From the NCBI RefSeq assembly GCF_001194135.2, contig NC_068989.1:9056781-9098283 (forward strand): a stretch of 41,503 nucleotides of DNA. Reading direction: 5' to 3'. The notes beneath the pieces are model-generated. The model did not search any database, was not told where the DNA came from, and worked only from the letters and a program-made list of their open reading frames with translations. Position numbers and translations under genes: made by a program. This DNA comes from Octopus bimaculoides. Taxonomy: Eukaryota. This document shows positions 36,163-41,503 of this stretch, piece by piece; positions within the stretch are counted from its first letter, which is position 1; each line of letters starts with the position of its first letter.

Positions 36163-37122
36163 TACACACATACACACACACACAATCAACTACGGTAATA
36201 GTTGTAATAATCTATTTACTTTGTACGTTTGTACGAATTCAAATTTTGATTGTTTACACTCATATGAAATATTGTAGCAAGAGTTAAAAATAAAAAGGTA
36301 TTTTTTGGTATGAATTGAACTCTGGACGATTAAGTATGTAAACAAAGCGATGGTTCAATTCAACCAATTAAATTATAGCTTAAAAGCGTCTCTCAGCTGA
36401 TTAATCAATCAGTATGGCAATAAGGGAGTTAACTCTGATTAACAACTAGAAATTATCTCCCTTGTCAATTGGGATGTATTTACAAGCTGCTGGTCTTAAA
36501 TTAGTTAAACATACGTTAGAGTTTGTCTTGGGCCTAATGCCCTTAAAAACAAAATAAAACGTATTTTTGCATGTTAGCCTGTATATGTAAATATTTTAAG
36601 GATAGAAGATTAATAATTTAAACTACAGAAAATTATGAAGTACTTACTTCTATAGTCAATAAAGAAACACATTTTATTCAAAATATCAGGTGTTAACTTT
36701 TCACATTTTTAAGAATATAGACTTACCATTTTATCAGTACTCCTGGCTACATCCAAGACTTCTCAGAGAAATTTTACAAGGTGGAACAAAATGCTTCAAG
36801 GTCCATAGCATGTGTCTACACAAGTGTGAGTGAGCATTTGTGAATGTCTGTGTATATATAGTCACAATAAGGATATTTAAATATCTTAGAGGAATATCTT
36901 ATCCAAGATACACTGGTTTAATATATTATATTTTGAAGAGATATTTCTTCAATATATTATATAAAATATCGAACATTATTATCGAGTTAGGAAACAGAGA
37001 TCCAATAGATACAAATTAATTCATTATATGTTAAGTAATTAATAAGTTAATTTGTATCCATTAGACCACTCTGTTTTCTAACTTTGTAATAATGTCTGAT
37101 ATTTATATATATCATTATCATC

Positions 37123-37605
37123 ATCATCATTTAACGTCCATTTTCCATGCTGGCATGGGTTGGACAGTTTGACTGGGCTGGCACACTAGAAGTGCTGAAC
37201 CAGACTCCAGTCTGATTTGGCATGGTTTTGTACGGCTGGATGCCCTTCCTAATGCCAACCACTCCAAGAGTGTAACGGGTGCTTTTATGTGCCACCAGCA
37301 TAGGTGCCATTTGCATGAGACCAGGGAACATTTATGTGTCATGGGCGTGGGTGCCAATTCGTGCAACACTAGTATCTGCTACAACTGTGATTTTGCTCAG
37401 CTTGATGGGTCTTCTTCTCAAGCTCAACATAATGCCAAAGATCTTGGTCATTGTCTCTGTGGGGCCCAACACTTGAAAGGAACTCAGCCACTTTGCCTCT
37501 ATGCAGCCCAATGTTCAAAAGATCTTCTTTACGTGTCACCAGCATGGGTGCACTTGGCTTAATGGATCCTCTCAAGCACAGCACATCACCAAAGGTCTCG
37601 GTCAT
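37123..37605 (-). mobile_element. Family D / RTE LINE 3' end
   Basis: (GAT)n tail with ggatgcccttcctaatgccaacc. Upstream, the minus strand twice encodes a DRDLW..AVLEK-like RTE C-terminal remnant. Confidence 0.8.
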
Positions 37606-37671
37606 ATATATATATATATATTATTATTATCATTATTATTACATGCGTGTGTGTTTTTGTGCTACAAATTC

Positions 37672-38223
37672 GACGACTGGCACCCATGCCAACTTCTCCC
37701 TCACTGGACACTGAACTTGGCTTGCAAAGACCTGTTGGGGCAAGTGAAAGCGAAATTGTGATGGCACCTGTACCAGTGGAGCGCTAAGAGCACTGTCCGA
37801 GCGTGATCATTGCCAGAGCAGCTGTCTGACTTCCGTGCCAGTGGCACATAAATAGCACCATTTGAGCATGATCATTACCAGCGTCGCCTTACTGGCACCT
37901 GTACCAGTGGCATGTGAAAAGACATTCGAGTGAGGTTATTGCCAGTGCTGCTGGACTGGCTCCTGTGCAGGTGGCACATAAAATACACCATTTTGAGCGT
38001 GGCCGTTGCCAGTACCACCTGACTCGCTCTTGTGCTGGTGGCACGTAAAAGCACCCACTACACTCTCGGAGTGGTTGGCATAAGGAAGGGCATCCAGCTG
38101 TAGAAACTGCCAGATCACATTGGAGCCTGCTGCAGCCATCCAGTTCACCAGTCCTCAGTCAAATCGTCCAACCCATACTAGCATGGAAGGCGGACGTTAA
38201 ACAATGATGATGATGAAGATGAT
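37672..38223 (+). mobile_element. Family D long copy with internal ~55-bp tandem units
   Basis: Repeated gtggcac.taaaa..cacca.ttgagcgtg..cgttgccag units, then the family D tail and (GAT)n. Confidence 0.9.
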
Positions 38224-38621
38224 TTGTCTCACTCCTTGGCAACTGGCATAGAGTTGTTTACATCCCTATAACCTAGTTGAGAATGCACCAGCCTTAAAAG
38301 CAAGCACGAGGTTGCTTTCATAAACTGAAACCTTTTTGAAATGGTGTCTCAGCCCCTGCACAGCAGTGGCCTCATGTTCGAAATAAGTAAATGGTTAAAA
38401 TAATTTACCATCTTTCATTTTAGATATGTTTTATGTGTAACTTCTTTCCTATAAGGCATAGATGCACTGGACAGTTGCTTGGAGGCCTCTTGGATCTAGT
38501 GCACCATTTCTGATCTAAGTATATTGCAGCTTGCTGTCAGTAAATAAATACTGCAGGACCCAGGGTTTTGATTTTCCTAGGGGGCTTATAATGCTGCCAA
38601 AAAAGCCTTGCAAATAAATCA

Positions 38622-39085
38622 TCATCATCATCATCATCGTTTAACGTCTGCTTTCCATGCTGGCATGGGTTGGACGATTTGACTGAGAACTGGTGAACCA
38701 GATGGCTACACCAGGCTCCAGTCTGATTTGGCAGAGTTTCTACAGCTGGATGCCCTTCCTGACGCCAACCACTCCGAGAGTTTAGTGGGTGTTTTTACGT
38801 GCCACCGGCACGAAGGCCAGTCATGCGGTACTGGCAACAGTCACGCTCAAAATGGTGTATTTTACATGCCACCTGCACAGGAGCTACTGGCAACGATCTC
38901 ACTTGAATGTTGTTTTTCACCTGTCACTGGCACAAGTGCCAGGAAGGTGATGCTGGTAACGATCACGCTCAAATGGTGCTATTTACATGCCACCGGCACG
39001 GAAGGCAGACAGCTGCTCTGGCAACGATCACGCTCGAACAGTGCTCTTAGCGCTCCACTGGTACAGGTGCCATCACGATTTTGCT
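38622..39085 (-). mobile_element. Family D long copy, inverted relative to 37672-38223
   Basis: (CAT)n-gtttaacgtctgctttccatgctggcatggg... continuing through the internal units to ctccactggtacaggtgccatcac. Confidence 0.9.
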
Positions 39086-40744
39086 TTCATGAATTTGTGG
39101 CACCATCAGCTAATAGTCTGACACCTATAAAGTCAGATAGTTTGTTTGTGACATGCAATGAGGAAAAAATCTCAGGAAAAAAAAAATTGAATGTACGCAA
39201 GAAGTTGAGACATTATTCTTTATAAAAGTAACAATTATGAGAAAATGTTGAAATCAGCGATTGATCCATCAGTTATAAGTTTTCATCTAAAAATATTGTG
39301 ACAGTTTATCACATCACAGCTTTCTAAAACAATTCTCCTCCTACTGTTTGATCACTGCCTGTCTAATTTGATTGATGTATTTAAATATCTCAATAAACTC
39401 TTACTATTCAGAAACCGAGGTTTCAAGAATTAATCATATCAATCATCGATCTTTGATACGAGTTGAAGAGTTTTGTTTCTTCATAAACTCTAATGGCTGG
39501 TTCTGCTGTCTGACAGAAGGCAGGTGTAGCTTTCTTTAAACGTTATTGTTTAATCGTTTGTCAAAACACTATTGACTAAAGTGGTATCTTAATTTAACAT
39601 TTGTATTTGTTCTGTAGCTACATATTTTTAACATGAATCATTATTAATATTGAAATAACTTCTTGGTCTATTAACCCTATCATTTATTTTTATTTTTACA
39701 GAACATAATATTTCAAACAGTTTGATTCTCATTCATCATCAGGTGCCATAGATTTTGTTTTGCAGGAAAAGAAAAGGTTAGCAATCTCTGAAAAGTTATT
39801 TCAATATCCAATACTCTGTATCCTCTAGACTTCATCACATTAGTCATAACCCTATTAATATAAATTGAACAATGATTTCTGCTTCTTTATAACATTAATA
39901 TTCCCCATCCTAGTTCTATACTTGGAGAAGCTGCAACGCTCTGTAAAAGTTATTTATTAACACAAAATAATATATTGTTGGTGAAACAAAAAGAAACATA
40001 ATCACAGGGAATATTTTCAGTAATTGCATGAACCACAAAGAGTTTAAATCATCTCATTGGAAAAATATATTCTTGGTTGTCTTTAGAACTCTTGAAGAAA
40101 AATCTAATCAATAATGAAATATTATTCAGCATGAATAATATAATTCATGCCACACAGTATTTATTACTTATTCATTTTATATATTATTCAACGACCAAGC
40201 ATCAAAGACATTGACTAATATGAGCAAGGCTAGTGTATAGTTTGCACTGGAGTAAAAATGTTAATCTAAATGGGTGAAAAAGTGCAGAAAGTTTGATGGT
40301 GAACAAGAGAAACTAAGAGAAGACACATGATGAAGCCAGAGATGAAATTATGCAGGATTAAGATAAATAATACTGCAGATATGATTCAATCCATGCTAAC
40401 GAGGGAAAAGTAACACTACAAAAAAAAAAAAAAAGAGAGAGAGAGAGATGATGATTAACATTAATCATTGTAGTATAGCTTCCCAGTAATGGACAGACAA
40501 TATCCTAATGCTTAACTACTTGAGAAAAAGAGAGAAAAAAAAGACAAAGAAAAGAACCTTTGCCAACCAAAGTTGATGTTGTTTGATGAAGATGAAGACA
40601 CCAATGATGATGACGATGATGGTTGTGGTGGTGGTGGTGGTAGTGGTGATGATGACAACAGTGACAGCAGACATCAAATTTTACATGCACAAATATGGCT
40701 GAGTTGTTAAGAAGCTTGTTTTTTTTATTTTTCACTCATGTGGT

Positions 40745-41080
40745 TTCAAATTCTGTCCTGTTGCATGGCACCTTGGGTAAGTATCTTCCTCTTATAGCCC
40801 TTGTCTGAGCAATGCCTTGTGCATGAATTTGGCAGTTGGAATCTGCAAAGAAGCCCATCATCATCATCATCATCATTATTTAACATCCGTTGTCCATGCT
40901 GGCATGGGTTAGACAGTGTGACCAGATGTGGGAAGCTGGGAAGCTGCACCAGACCCCAGTCTGATTTGGCATGGTTTCTACAGCTGGATGTCCTTCCTAA
41001 TGCCAACCACAAAGTGTGCTGGGGGATTTTACATGGCATCACATGGGCACTTTCATGTGGCACTGCACGAGTGCTTTTAC
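40745..41080. mobile_element. Partial family B SINE (+, 40745-40858) joined at (CAT)n to a family D copy (-, 40856-41080)
   Basis: catggcaccttgggtaagtatcttc...gaagccc followed by (cat)n-tttaacatccgttgtccatgctggcatggg. Confidence 0.8.
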
Positions 41081-41084
41081 ATGT

Positions 41085-41250
41085 GGCTTGGTGGTTAAGG
41101 TATTTAGCTTATGATCATAAAGCCATGAGTTCAATTCCAAGCAGTTTGTTGTGTCCTTGAGCAAGTCACTTTATTTCATGTTGCTTCAGTCAACTCAGCT
41201 GGCAAAAATGAGTTGTACCTGTATTTTGAAGGGCCAGTTTTGTTTCATTC
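41085..41250 (+). mobile_element. Partial family C SINE
   Basis: gagttcaattcc...ttgagcaagtcactttatttcatgttgct.cagtcaactcagctggcaaaaatgagt matches 15680-15790. Confidence 0.8.
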
Positions 41251-41457
41251 TGTCATTCTATAGAGCCTAAAACCACCTCTGGCTCTGTAGTACAAATGTC
41301 TTGTTTCCAAAAGTTCTGAATTAAAATCTTCCTCCAAACCTTAGTCACAATTCATGTTCCTAACACTAGCTTAATGATAACTAAGTCATTTTACTAAATT
41401 CTTTGTTATATTTAAAATTAATTGAAAGAAACACATAACATCTCAACAGAAATATGA

Positions 41458-41503
41458 TAACATCATCATCATCATCATCGTCGTTTAACGTCCGCTTTCC
41501 ATG
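41458..41503 (-). mobile_element. Family D 3' tip, cut by the window edge
   Basis: (cat)n-cgtttaacgtccgctttccatg. Confidence 0.8.

Noticed and set aside
36725-36835. Exon-like patch with splice-like signals on both strands
   Set aside because: Several frames are open, but none is recognisable or links in phase to a neighbour.
39410-39990. Short phase-compatible + strand candidate exons (FDSHSSSGAIDFVLQEKK / SILGEAATLCKSYLL)
   Set aside because: Donors are weak, equally plausible minus-strand readings exist, and there is no homology; such matches are expected by chance in AT-rich DNA.

Overview
AT-rich, microsatellite-saturated animal genomic DNA with five assembly gaps. The repeat families look like those of an Octopus genome (inference from recognised SINE sequences). 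There are no prokaryotic features and no protein-coding host gene I can name. Almost all ORFs in the supplied track are artefacts of (TA)n/(CA)n/(TACA)n/(AAT)n/(GAT)n tracts or of N runs. What is well supported is mobile DNA: at least 3 tRNA-derived SINE families (about 15 copies) and an RTE-tail non-autonomous family (about 9 copies). There is also a deleted mariner interrupted by an L2/CR1-type RT fragment, a 5'-truncated R4/Dong-type LINE, and two unusual inverted-repeat elements. The first is a 574-bp TIR element with an 8-bp TSD that carries a head-to-head telomeric (CCCTAA)/(TTAGGG) palindrome (26478-27051). The second is a ~1.08-kb element with 84-bp terminal inverted repeats around a ~180-bp internal hairpin whose loop is duplicated (34642-35724). 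Two promoter-like CpG-rich patches (~4.6-4.9 kb and ~25.0-25.2 kb) and a drop in CpG after ~28.4 kb suggest the right third lies in a methylated gene body. Only weak candidate exons could be found there. All counts and identities were read by eye.
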